Shown: piece by piece, positions 15,281 to 29,400 of the stretch
Layout: the number at the start of each line of letters is the position of its first letter
How positions within the stretch are numbered: position 1 is the stretch's first letter
Assembly (NCBI RefSeq): GCF_009914755.1
Contig: NC_060935.1
DNA: 64,000 nucleotides
From: the human T2T-CHM13v2.0 reference genome, Homo sapiens
Reading direction: 5' to 3' (one strand)
The notes under the pieces: generated by a model
Seen by the model: only the letters and a program-made list of their open reading frames with translations
What the model was told of the DNA's origin: nothing
Databases searched by the model: none
Made by a program: the position numbers and the translations under genes

Positions 15281-17664
15281 TATATTAGTCTTTTCACACT
15301 GCTGATAAAGACATGTGTAATTTAAAAGGAAAAAGAGGAAATATATTAATATTCATACATGTTGCACCTATCCTTCTATTATCCTTGAACCCTAAAATTA
15401 CAAGACTGTGTAATTTAAAAAGAAAAAGAGGTTTAATGGACTCATGGTTCCACTTGGCTGGGGAGGCCTCACAATCGTGGTTGAAGGTGAAAGGCACACG
15501 GTGGCAGACAAAAGAGAATACTAGAACTTGTGCAGGGAAATTCTCTTTTATAAAACTATCAGATCTTGTGAGACTTATTCACTATCATGAATACAGTACA
15601 GGAAAGACCCGCCCTCATGATTCAATTATCTCCCACTTAGTCCTTCCCATGACACATGGGAATTGTGGGAGCTATGATGCAAGATGGGATTTGGGTGGGG
15701 ACACAGCCAAACCATATCATTCTGCCCATGGCCCCTTCCAAATCTCATATCTTCACATTTCAAAACCAATCATGCCTTCCTGATGGTCCCCCAAAGTCTT
15801 AACTCATTTCAGCATTAACTGAAAAGTCCACAGTCCAAAGTCTCAACTGAGACAAGGCAAATCCCTTCTGCCTACGAGCCTGAAAAAATCAAAAGTAAGT
15901 TAGTTACTTCCTAGATAAAATGGGGGTACAGGCATTGGATAAATATACCCATTCCAAGTAGAAAAAATTGGCCAAAATGAAGGGGCTAAAGGCCCCATGC
16001 AAGTCTGAAATCTAGTGGGGAGGTCAAATCTTAAAGCTCCAAAAAAAAAAAAAAAAGATCTCCTTTTACTCCATGTCTCATATCCAGGTCACGCTGATGC
16101 AAGAGGTGGGTTCCCATGGTCTTGGGCAGCTCTGCCCCTGTGCCTTTGCAAGGTACAGCCTCCCTCCTGGCTGCTTTCACAGGCTGGTGTTGAGTATCTA
16201 TGGCTTTTCCAGGTGCGTGGTGCAAGCTGTTGGTGGATCTACCATTCTCAGGTCTGGAGAACGGTGACCCTCTTCTCACAGCTCCATTAGGCAGCACCCC
16301 AGTGGGGACTCTGTGTGGGGTTGCCCACCCCACATTTCCCTTCTGCACTGCCCTAGCAGAGGTTCTCTATGAGGGCCCCACCCCTGCAGCAAACTTCTGC
16401 CTGGATATCCAGGCATTTCCATACATCCTCTGAAATCTAGGCAGAGGTTCCCAAACCTCACCTCTTGGCTTCTGTGCACCTCCAGGCTCAACACCACGTG
16501 GAAGCTGCCAAGACTTGGGGCTTGCACCCTCTGAAGCCACAGCCTGAGCTGTACCTTGGCCCCTTTTAGTAATGGCTGGAGCAGCTGGGACACAGGGCAC
16601 CAAGTCCCTAGACTGCACACAGCAGTGTGACCCTGGGCCCAGCCCACAAAACCATTATTCCTTCCTAGGCCTCCAGGCCTGTGATAAGAGGGGCTGCTGC
16701 AAAGTTCTCTGACACACCCTGGAGACATTTTCCCCCATTATCTTGGTGATTAACATTCAGCTCCTCCTTACTTATGCAGATTTCTGCAGCCGGCTTAAAT
16801 TTCTCCTCAGAAAATAGGATTTTCTTTTCTGTTTTCTCTATCAGGCTGCAAATTTTCTAAACCTTTATGGTGTTTCCCTTTTAAAATTGAATGTTTTTAA
16901 CACTTCTTGAATGCTTTGCTGCTTAGAAATTTGTTCTGCTAGATACCCTAAATCATCTCTCTCAAGTTCAAAGCTCCACAAATCTCCAGGGCAGGGGCAA
17001 AACGCCACCAGTCTCTTTGCTAAAGCATAACAAGAGTCACCTTTTCTCCAGTTCCCAACAAGTTCCTCATTTCCATCTGAGACTACTTCAGCCTGGATTA
17101 CATTGTCCACATCATTATCAGCATTTTGGTCAAAGCCATTCAGCAAGTCTCCAGGGAGTTCCAAACTTTCCCACATTTTCCTATCTTCTTCTGAGCCCTC
17201 CAAACTGTTCCAACCTCTGCCTGTTACCCAGTTCCAAAGTCACTTCCACATTTTCAGGTATCTTTTCAGCAGCGCCCCATTCTACTGGTACCAATTTACC
17301 ATATTAGTCAGTTTTTATGCTGCTGATAAGGACATACCCAAGACTGTGTAATTTAAAAAGAAAAAGAGGTTTAATGGACTCACAGTTCCATGTGGCTGGG
17401 GAGGCCTCACAATCATGGTGGAAGGCAAAAGGCACATCGTACACAGCAGCAGACAAGAGAGAATAATAGAACTTGTGCAGGGAAACTCCCCTTTATAAAA
17501 CTATCAGATCTCATGAGACTTATTCACTATCATGAGAACAGCATAGGAAAGACCTGCCCCCATGATTCAATTACCTCCCACTGGGCCCCTCCCATGACAC
17601 ATGGGAATTGTAGGAGCTACAGTTCAAGATGAGTTTTGGGTGGGGACACAGCAAAACCATATCA
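15281..17664 (-). mobile_element. Full-length THE1 (MaLR) element: LTRs ~15281-15719 and ~17300-17664, internal region ~15720-17299
   Basis: Two directly repeated LTRs starting TGATATGGTTT on minus; imperfect TSD attac/atcac; typical THE1-int sequence. Confidence 0.92.
15339..15400 (+). pseudogene. Micro-NUMT, MT-ND4 C-terminal-like fragment
   Basis: Absent from the sister LTR; in mitochondrial code reads [20 protein letters not shown] versus recalled human ND4 [20 protein letters not shown] (16/20 identical). Confidence 0.75.
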
Positions 17665-17754
17665 ATCACCATATTTATGAGTTTAGTTTACTAGAATTTA
17701 AAGTGTTGTTTAGGTTCCCAGGAAAGTTTTGTTTGTTGACTCAGACTGGTATAA

Positions 17755-17866
17755 GGAAGGAAGGAAGGAAGGAAGGAAGGAAGGAAGGAAGGAAGGAAGG
17801 AAGGAAGGAAGGAAGGAAGGAAGGAAAGAAGGAAAGAAAGAAAGAAGGAAAGAAAGAAAGAAGGAA
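17755..17866 (+). repeat. (GGAA)18 perfect microsatellite (17755-17826) with GAAA/GGAA tail
   Basis: Counted directly. Confidence 0.97.
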
Positions 17867-17960
17867 ACAAAGAGAGCAGTAAGGACAAGAGACATCCTTG
17901 TCTGCTTCTGTTTTGAAGGAGAATTGCTTTGGTTCTTCTAATATTGGCTTTTGCATTTAA

Positions 17961-18261
<301 letters not shown>

Positions 18262-18489
18262 TAATTTCTAAAACTTTATATTATGGAAATTTTTAACATG
18301 CACAAAGATAAGACAGAAAAGTACACTATTAAACCCCCATGTGGTCACTACTCAGCCTTCACAATTTTTTAACATTTCTCCATTCCTGTTTTATTCATTC
18401 TTGTTTTATAACCCCACTCCAAACATTCTTTTCTCCTCCTCCTTCTCCTTTTTTTGCTTTGAGGTCGTGGTCATGAGGCAGACTGGAAG

Positions 18490-19258
18490 GTTTTTTTTTT
18501 TAACTGAGGTAAAAATCAATGAAATGTACAGATTTTAAGTGTACAGTTTGATGACTTTCATTAAATGTATATGCCCAAGTACTCAACAATCCAATCGAGA
18601 TAAAGAACATTTCATTACCCTAGAAAATTTCCCTGTGCCCTCTTCCAGGAAAACATCACCCTCCACACACAACCACTTTTCTGATTTATATCATCATAGA
18701 AATGGTGCCTTTTCTTGAGCTTCATATATTAGGAATGACGTGGTATCTTCCCCTTTGTCTGACTTCTTTCATTCAAACTTTTTTGGGATTCATCCATGTT
18801 GTTGCATATATCAGTTGTTCATTTTTCAAATTGCTGGATAGTATTGCATTGTATGAATGTGCCACACTTTATTCACTTATACCTTCTCCCATTGATAGAC
18901 ATTTGGGTTGTTTGCAATTTTTAGCTATTCTGAATACAAGTAATATAAACATTCTTATACAATTCTTTTTTCTCATTCTTGTACAATTCTTATTTTGGAT
19001 ATTTGTTTTCATTTTTGTGGGGGTAGATAACAAAGAATATAGAATTGCTTGGCCATGGGGTAGATGTATACTTAGCTTTATATGGAACTGCCAAACAGTT
19101 TTTCCAAAATGGCTTTGCTATTTCACACTCTCCTCAGCAGTGTATGAGAAGTCTAGCTGTTGCACATCCTTGGCGGTATTTGGTGTTGTCAGTTTTTTCC
19201 ACTGGAGCCATTTCAGCAAATGTGAAATGGCATCTCATTGTTGTTTTAATGTGCACAT
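18490..19258 (-). mobile_element. Old L1 (L1M) fragment; explains hydrophobic ORF 18702..19271
   Basis: gatagacatttgggttgtttgcaatt...ggaactgccaaacagtttttccaaa L1 3' hallmarks. Confidence 0.75.
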
Positions 19259-19613
19259 TGCTATGGTCTGAATGTGTCCCCCCAAATTTCATATGTTGAA
19301 ATCCTGACCCCCAAGGTGATGGTATTAGGATGTGGGGCCTTTGGGAGATGATTAGGCCATGAGGACAGAGCCCTTGTGAATGGGATTAGTGCCCTTAGAG
19401 AAGAGGTCCTAAAGAGTGAATTCTTTCCCTCCACCATGTAAGGACACAGCAAGGGGCCATCTATGAGCCAGAGAGCAGCCCTCACCAGACACCAGGCCTG
19501 CACCTTGATGTTGGACTTCCCAGCCTCATGAACTGTGACGAATAAATTTCTGATGTTTATAAACCATCTAGTTATGTTATCTTGCTATATAGCAGGGTGA
19601 ATAGACTAAGACA
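19259..19613 (+). mobile_element. MLT1A-type MaLR solo LTR
   Basis: Starts tgctatggtctgaatgtgtccccccaaa, ends gactaagaca, contains AATAAA. Confidence 0.8.
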
Positions 19614-19977
19614 CAAGTGTAATGTGTGTGTGTACAGAAATTCTTCCTACCAAATTTTAAAGAGTTTAATTAAGAAAAGTGATAAGTTTTTTGTGGAAGA
19701 TGTGGTGTTTTATACTTATTAAGATAATTATTTTTCTTTTTAAATAGTAAACCATTAATAATTTATATGAATGATACCTTCCATTCCCAAAATAAACCTT
19801 TTTTGAAAGGAATGAAGTGATGACGCATGCTGACCACAGATGAAACTTGAAACATGCTAAGTGGAAGTAACAATGACTCTCTCCTTGGCCAAACTTTAAT
19901 CAGTGTCCTCTAAGCCCTTTTCTCAACTAAGCTCAGGTTTGCAGAGCCCAGATTGAGCAAAAATCCTATTAAGTCCA

Positions 19978-19996
19978 GTGTGTGTGTGTGTGTCTG

Positions 19997-20027
<31 letters not shown>
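19978..20027. repeat. Imperfect (TG)n microsatellite
   Basis: Direct reading. Confidence 0.9.
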
Positions 20028-20117
20028 AATTTTTTGTGACGGAGTCTCACTGTGTTAGCTAGGCTGCTCTTGAACTCCTGGACTCAAGCAATCCTCCCAC
20101 CTCGGCCTCCTGAGTAG

Positions 20118-20503
<386 letters not shown>

Positions 20504-21306
20504 TGATATACCATTTTTTAATCGTTTCCCACGTATGCTTAGTTTAAATTATTTGGTGGGGGAAAGGGCAGGGTAGAGGCAGTATTGTATCCTTGTCAGA
20601 TTCAAGGATCAAAAACAAATTCAATTTATACAATCATCTCAGTTAACAGGCCATTCCTTTTCCCGATATTTTGAGAGAATTCATGTAATAAAGGGATTAT
20701 TTATAGTGCCGTCGAAAGAGCATTGACTTGGGAGGAAAACAGAACTGCTCTTGATGTGAGTTGGCCACTCACCAGCCTTATGACCTAGCAAATTATTTCA
20801 TCTCTCTTTCAGTATCTTCCACATCACTGAGCAAGTGGATGGAGAGAGGAAAGACACCTGGTGAATCCCGGTGATAAGACTGATGATTGGAAATAAAATT
20901 TGCCATGAAATGGGACAAGCATACTCCAGTATGACTGCATCACAATTAATTGCATCTGCAATGACCTTATTCCCAAATAAAGTCACATTCTGAGGTGACG
21001 TGAATTTTGGAATGACACTATCCAGACCACACACCTATATTCATTCATATTTGGAAACTCCATTTCGGGTTATGAAACACGTGCCTCACTTGTTGCATGC
21101 CCTTTGCAGACAGGGTGATGCAAAGTGTGACACAGTGTGACCTGGGTTCCAGTCATTGTCCTGCCTTGTGCTAGATGACCCTGGGCAATCTAATTCATCT
21201 TTCTAGGCCTCATCCAAATAATGAAGTCAGGAGAGGTGGTCTCTAAGAACCCTTGGAATTTAATTATTCACAAGCTTTTGGGACTCAATTAAACATTTTT
21301 TTTCTT

Positions 21307-21339
<33 letters not shown>

Positions 21340-21771
21340 CAGGGGAAATGTAGGAATGAGCCATCATGAAACGATGCCAGAGGCTGGAGAGCCTGGATAC
21401 ATTGACACAATTGGGGGATGAATGATTTATTACAATTCAATTCCAGGGCAGCCCAGTCTACAGCTCCCCAGGAAGCATCTCTAAAGGTGCTACTTGTTAA
21501 TCATCACCATACGAAAGGCGGGGGGGATTGCTTTCATCTGTGGCTTTTATGAGACCATCCAGCTATTCTTCAGAGCCAGTTTCTCATCAAAAATGGGGTT
21601 TATTACTACAAAAGTTAAAGACCTTAGTACACATTTTGGTAAACATAGATTGATATCCCCTAGCAGGAATCAAGAGAACAGATTTCATTTACTGAAAGGT
21701 TACCAGGCATTGTGCTAAGGGCTCTACATGGCTTCTTTCCATTTAATCCCCCAAACAACTCTATGAAGTCG

Positions 21772-22605
21772 TGTGCCAGGTAATCAATGTATCCTTCTCA
21801 GGTCCAAATTCACCCTTCAGTACCTGCTCTGCCATAATGACGTGTAAAGCATTTGTCCTTTACATTGAGCGCCACGATAAGCTTTGTCAGTAGAGGGCGC
21901 TGGAGAGACATCACGGGAGGACGCCGCTTCTCTTCCTGGTTCTGGCCCGCTCTTTTGCTTGGTTTGCTCCACCTGCTTTGTAAAGCGTCCTCCTGTGCAT
22001 ATGTGAGGACATCCAGTGGCATTCTGCTCCACCCAGGCTCCCAGAGTGCCCAGTCCCTCAGCCACTTTGCAGCCCTGCTGGGGGCCCAGTGACCACCTTG
22101 CTGTGGCCTTCCTGTTGCAAATGCCAGTGCACCCCAGGGCTCCCCAACACGCTCCCGGCCTACCCTCCAGCCTCGGTTTGCCTGCCTCCCTGGGGAGGGC
22201 TGTTTTCCACCGCCCTACTAACATCAACACCACGAATCCTAGGCCAATTGTCGCCCTGCCAGGAAGCAGATTCTCAGCATCCTGACTCCATCTGCCCACT
22301 CACCTTGGCTCACCTGGACCTGGGAGGGCTGTTTCCTGCTACCAGGAAGCCCACAGACTTCACCATCCAGTGGGTGGCACCATGCCTTCTCCAACCTAGT
22401 CCAAACCCCAGCCTCGGGGAAGGCCTCCCCCTTCCAAGTTTGTCCTTTCTTGGGCACTTTCCCTCCACCCTGGAGGACCCTTAGAGTTCCCTTCACATCT
22501 TCATGGATACTCACCTATCATCATTTCATACTTCTTTAGATTAAAACAATCCCTGTTCAAATTGCTGTGTGGTTTCTGTCTCCTGATTGGATGCAGACAG
22601 ATACA
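21772..22605 (+). mobile_element. Solo ERVL-class LTR (LTR41-like) inserted into a MIR
   Basis: TG...CA ends; imperfect 5-bp TSD agtcg/agtag; the flanks rejoin into a continuous MIR; 5' end resembles the recalled LTR41 consensus. Confidence 0.75.
21884..21902 (+). promoter_or_regulatory. CTCF motif TTGTCAGTAGAGGGCGCTG
   Basis: Matches CCASYAGRKGGCRSY with one core mismatch; lies within an LTR41-like element. Confidence 0.7.
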
Positions 22606-22887
22606 AGTAGGTACTATTATTTCCATTTTAAAGATGAGCGAATGAGATTTAAAGAGGCCAAATGGCTTAGTGAGAATCAGATGGGAAATGTGGCAGAGCT
22701 GGACACAAACCCCAGGATGGTCTGGCTCTGAAGCCTTTGATTTGCACCTCTCTGTACATAAACCAGGAGTTAGTGGACAGATACCACATAAGAAAGAGGG
22801 GTGATCCAGCCTTCTCCCTCCCCTCTTTTCCTATGCTTATGTGTCCTGGGTGTTTCAGATGAAAATAAGGGCAAAAAATGCAAAAAT

Positions 22888-23228
<341 letters not shown>

Positions 23229-24061
23229 CTAGAGGAAGATTTTCAACGATCAAGAATGTCAATAGTCATCTCAAGATAATTGCCAAAATAAACACAGAAA
23301 AGAAGGGGAGAAAAAAAATGCCCCATGTATTTAAAAAACCACTTTTATACACTTTACATATGGTCAATACTCTGCTCCAAATACATTTGTTTTGAGGCTA
23401 TTCAATTTTTGCCAATTTCCCCAGCTTTGTCTTATCTGCTAAAATGCCTCATCCTGCTATGGAGAGAGGTGAAATCCCAGCTTTGGGTGTTGCCTGTATT
23501 TGCATCTGGCTCAAAGCAGCCAGATTTCTGGATGATGTATGTCCCAGCTCTAAGGGGCTCCGGTCCCCACTGGGGGTGTGCTCAGAGGCAGCATGTAACA
23601 GCTTCCATATTCCTGGAAATGAAGCCCCAACTTCCTTGTAGTTTATCCTTTAGGGAAATCAGCAATGTGAATCCTAATTAGCCTCAAAATAACAAACCCC
23701 AGTAATTAATGATCTTCCTTGGGGGATCATTGTTCTGGACTTTCAGCTTCAGTAGGGAGGGGAAAAAAAAGGTCCAATAGGAGGATTCACCATTTCCTGC
23801 TGATTAGAGCTGGTGAGCTCTGGACTCAGAGTTAGGATACCTGGATTTGAGTCCTGGCTTTGCCACTAATTACACGGTCCTTTGTCTCTCTGTAAACAAA
23901 AAAGATTGGCATCTAAGCTCCTTTCTAGTTTTGTGGTCCTTCAGCCTCAGAATCCTTTCAACTCTATTTAGCCATGCCAAGTTAAATAACAGCACCTTCA
24001 CTGAGTGCTCACAATGTGCCAGGCAAATTGCTAAACACCTTAAATACATTATCTAATTTAA

Positions 24062-24397
<336 letters not shown>

Positions 24398-26077
24398 TAT
24401 TATTATCCCCATTTTACAGGTTCAGAGAGATTAGAGCATGATGATAAGAAAGCCACACCATGTGTCCTCTCCCCAGATGGGTTACTGACCTTACAAATAT
24501 GCTCCAAATGGGGTCCAGTAGGAGAAATGCAGGTAGATCCCTGATTGACATTGTTCAAGTCAGCATCACCCTCATTAGCGGCAAATGAGGATAAGCAGTA
24601 ATAAGTAGTCAGGCAGGTGCTTGGAGCCAAAGGCAGGAGGGAAAAGGACATTAATTAGCAAAGCCAGGCACTTTATGCAGGTGGTCTCATTTAATCCTTA
24701 GAGCAATGCTATACATTGGGATTATTCCCATTATACAGATAAAGAAAATGAGGTTCAGAGAGGTTAAGTGACTTGTTCACTTACACTTCCCACCACCGGT
24801 CAGCAGCCAACCTGAGATTGCAGTGTATTTTGTTTGACCTCTTTCATCACACTGCATTGGGACAATCCATTGTTTGCGGCCAGGGATTTCAGGGTCTGAG
24901 CAACCATACATACATTTATTGAGGCCAAGACCATGTCAACTGACAGTGAAATAACTGTTCAATTCAGACAAAGGGAAGGTGGGGAAAGGTCTTTAAAAAG
25001 TTAGTCCTTTTCTTTGAGATTGGCTAAGCTGAGATCCCCTGGGTCTACGCCCAGCCTCTGCCCCAGCCCCTCCAGGACAAGTGCTGTCCTGCCTCTGAGA
25101 GAAGAAACCAAGGACCTGCTAATCATCTCCATGGGAACTGACCCAGGGGTTGGACCTCAAGGAGGCTTCAGAATAGGCCAGTTGGAGGAAGAACAGGAAC
25201 AGGCTGTGAGGCAGAAACAAGGAACAAACCTAGCCATCCTCAAAGAACAAGAAAAAGTCACATTTTTTTTCTATTTCTCTTTTGACCCTATCTTTGAAGA
25301 CTACATGCTTAAGAAGAACCACTCCGCTGGACCTTCCAGACACAAGGAATAATTGAGCACATAGAGACACGTTGCTCAGGTGCTCTTGGGATATAACTTC
25401 TCAGCCACCATCCAAAGAGTAGCCTACCATGGTATACAGGTAAACTGGTTCTCTGGAAAACAAAGCAACAAAGGCAGTCCTGCTTTGTAGCACTTGCCAA
25501 TTCCCATGGTGTAAAGACTTTCAGTTCAAGCTACTAACACTTTAACATTTGGCTTGCAAAATACCTAAATATTTAACAACTGCCTTCAGCTAAACAAGAA
25601 GTGACATCTTGGTTAGAAAACATGTCTTATGGGCCAGGCACGGTGGCTCATGCCTGTAATCCCAGCACTTTGGAGGCCGAGGTGGGTGGGAGCCAGTTGT
25701 TAAAGAGTTAGCAGCTCAGCTGCTACTAGCAAACCAGTGGAAACCAGTTCCATGTACCCTGGGTAGCCAGCTTTGAGGGTACACCATTCTGAGCAAGCAA
25801 GAGTCTCTTGTGGACAATGGCCCAGTATTCTCCTTCCCCACTGTGACTCCAGGTATGCCAAGATATTCCCTGTCCTTTTAATTCCTGCACATCCTTTTAC
25901 CTGGAAGCTTCTTCCCTTTCTCTTCCTTCTGAAAAACTCCTATACATCCTTCAAGAACCAGGCTGAAAATAACTCTGTTAAACCTTCCCCCTGTTAAAGC
26001 TCATTGTTGATCCTTTGCCCATGCCTGTATTACCTGTTTAAGTGTCCGATTCTTCTATTAGACTGTGAGACTCTTGG

Positions 26078-26484
26078 TCATATAGTTTGGATCTGTGTCC
26101 CTACCCAAATCTCATGTTGAAATGTAACCCCCAATGCTGGAGGTTGCCTGGATCATGGAGGTTGGAAGTGATTGGATCATGGAGGCAGATTCTCATGAAT
26201 TAACGCCATCCCCTCTTGGTGCTCTTGTCACGATAGTGAGTTCTCATGAGGTCTGAATGTTTAAAAGTGTGTGGCATCGCCCCACCACTTCTCCCCACGT
26301 GTGAGACGCACTTGCTCCTGCTTTGCCTTCAGCCATGAGTAAAACCTCCGTGAGGCCTCGCCAGAAGCAGAAGTCACTAGGCTTCCTGTACAGCCTGTGG
26401 AACCATTAGCCAATTAAACCTCTTTCTTATAAATTAACCAGTCTTAGATACTTCTTTATAGGAGTGCAAGAAGGGACTAATATA
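26078..26484 (+). mobile_element. MST-type MaLR solo LTR
   Basis: atatagtttggatctgtgtccctacccaaatctcatgttgaa...ccaattaaacctctt...gactaata. Confidence 0.75.
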
Positions 26485-29400
26485 CTTGGGGAGAAGGCAG
26501 TGCATGATTTATCTCTGAATGAGGGGCCAGAAACACAGGAGGCTCACAATCAATGTCTGCTAAATGAATGACGTTATAAACTTATCTCTGATTTTAAGAA
26601 ATGAAGGACATCATTCCTTCACCTAGTTTAAATGTCCATGTTTCCAGAAAGTCTATAGAAGCAATTCCAATGGTGGTAGTTGGGCAACAGCAGCTAATAG
26701 GGTACGTCTCTTCTCCAATTATGGGCAAGAACTGACTACAGCAGTGGACAGGGCTCCTCCTGGCCTATCTCAGCTCTGAAGGGATGTCCTAGGAAGACTC
26801 AGACCACTATGGCTGGCGTTAACCTTTTTGGCAATCAAAGTAAGGAATGGGAGAGTTTAAGGCCAGAACTTGGTTGTTCTCCTAAGTTCCCCCCAAATCT
26901 ATAAGCCCTCCAAAGGGATGCACTGCAGCCAGGGAGGGCACCCCCAGATGTACCCTCGGGACCCGCCATGAGAATCCACGCATAAGAGGGAAGGGTCAGA
27001 CCAACTGCCTCAAACTGAGAATTTCCAACCTGTGAGAGAGAAGTGGAGGGAAGGGATGAAAAGTGGGAGAAACGATGGAGAACAAGAATGACTAGAGACA
27101 GTAGTAATGTTCTTTATGTAAACAGGTGATAATAGCAATGACAAAATTAAGAAAATAAAAACACTGCCATGAAGATTTATAGACTAGCTAACACAGAGCT
27201 AAATCGGCAATAACTTGGGCTGATAAAAGGCAACGGGGCATCAGCCACGTAAACAGCTCGTCACTTCAATGCTTCCGTGTATATTATGATGACACTGGTT
27301 TGTTGATACCACACCGCCCCCATGACCCCAGGCACCAGCAGTGGGGCCTGACTCACTGTGGGGAGGTTGTGCAGGGTTGACACTGAAGAGTAGCTTTTTC
27401 GGAAAGACAAGTTATCCTTGACTGGATGCAGATGGCTCGGTGAAAAATGAAATCTGCCAGCAGACACTGCCTTTATCAGCTGTAGAAGTTCAGCAGGGAC
27501 GAGACTTCCCCATCCCTGGCCCGCCTGAACAAGCCTCTGGTTTCAGCACCATATCACAGGCTGTCCTAATGAATTCTTCTGCGGGGTTGGAGCCTTCACA
27601 TATCTGCTTCTAGGAGTGCATCCTGGCGTCTACAGCATGGTACGGAACTCGCCTGGTGTTTGCATTCCGCCTCATGGAGTTGTCAAGGAATGCTTGCAGC
27701 AGGAAAGGGAGTGCCAGCCTTACCAGGGCATTGGTATGCCCTGCCTCAACTGGGCCATCTTGCCAGTATCCTGGGCCACCCTCATTGACTTCCAGGTGAG
27801 GGGTGCCCAGGAAAAACCAAGAGGCTCCCCAGGACATGTCAAGCCAGACAACCATTAGTGTCTACAGTGTGGAAGACAGTAATAAGCACCACTGTTAATT
27901 AACTTTCTCTTATGAGCTGACCCCCATGCCAGGCACTGTGTCTCATGTAACACGCATCTGTCCCATGAGGTTACTGTTATAGCCTCGCCTCATAGATGGG
28001 CAAACTGAGGGCTACATGGACCTGTCCAGAATCAGGGGGCTGGGAAGTGGCAGATCCAGGGAATAAAATGGAGCTTCATATATCTACAGAGCCTGTAACC
28101 TTCAAAGGACAAATAAGAATGAAAATGGGCAAAATAAGACTAAATATCTGGAGATTTGGCACCCTACAGTCAGATAAATGAGCAGATGCTTCGGTTTCAC
28201 TCGTGATGCAGTTGCATCATTGAGAAGGCCGCAGTCTGACAGATGAATCTACCATGTGGATGTTTTTTAAACACACTATAAATTCATTTCGGAACACAGC
28301 ACCTGAATGTTTGAATTAGTGCTGCTTGTGGTTATTTGTGTCACTGTTCTGCTCCTTTGAAACCAGAACTTAGGAGGCAAGGTGTCTCCAAGGCCCCAAA
28401 TCGCCCTGTGAACTGAGCCCGATTCCTTGATACTGTCCCTCCTGCCGACACACTCAGGTGAGAAAGGTGTACTTGTCCCAAGTGCTTTCCATGCCTTCTT
28501 CTTCTCCTCTTATCTGGGAAGTTGAAACTGGCAGGAGGCATTCTGATGGGTTCAGAGAAGACCTTTATACAAAGGATGCACAGAACAATTGAGGCATGGG
28601 CCTGACCTCCAATGAGGGTGGGTCCCAGCCAGTCCCCTAACAGCACCTTCCTCTCTGGGGTGAGACAGATGGGCAAGTGTCCCTTCCACTTCCTGACTTG
28701 TGCAGGTCAAAGGAGAACAGAGACAACTGTGTGACGAGGGAGTTTGGCAGTGACTGACCCCGGCTCCTGCCTGCTCCGCCCAGCGGTGCCCAGCTCTCCT
28801 CTCTGCAGTGAGGCAGGGCCAAGGCTCCCTGGCAGGAGTGGCGCAGGGCCAGTGCAGGCCGGGGCCCAGCATCAGGCTCTGCCTCAGTCCTTTCTGAATG
28901 GCTGCACCTGCTCCACGCACAGCCAGAGGCCTGACTGCCCTGAGCAGTGCCTGCCAGCAAGACCGAGGGTAGGCGGGCTAAGCACCTGTGGCCTCTCCTT
29001 TCATCTTTAGGACAACCTGGGAGGTGAAGAGTGGTGCTGTCTGAGTTGAAGCTCCAAGGCACAGAAGGCGTTGCCGGGCTCACGGCAGTGAGTGGCAGAG
29101 GGTGTGCTGGTAGCCACTGCACCTCAGCACTGGAATGTTCCTGTCTCTTTGGGGGTGGGGGCCATGCCACCCCATTGCCTCTTCCCACAATCCTTACCCT
29201 TTGCTCTGGTCCCTTTCTAGGCTGTCCTTGGTGAGCAGAGGTGAGCAGAGACTGGCCAGGGGCTGGAGCAATAGGCAGAACTGTTGTGGCATCTTGCCAC
29301 TAGCGGTTGAATGCTACTAACACTGGTGGGGTTGTGGGGAGGGGTGTCCTTCAAAGTTCTCCTCAGTGGTGTTCCCTGGGGCCTGGGAACCCTTGCCTAG

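Noticed and set aside
18702-19271. 189-aa hydrophobic ORF resembling a membrane protein
   Set aside because: It is the antisense strand of an old L1 fragment; T-richness explains the hydrophobicity
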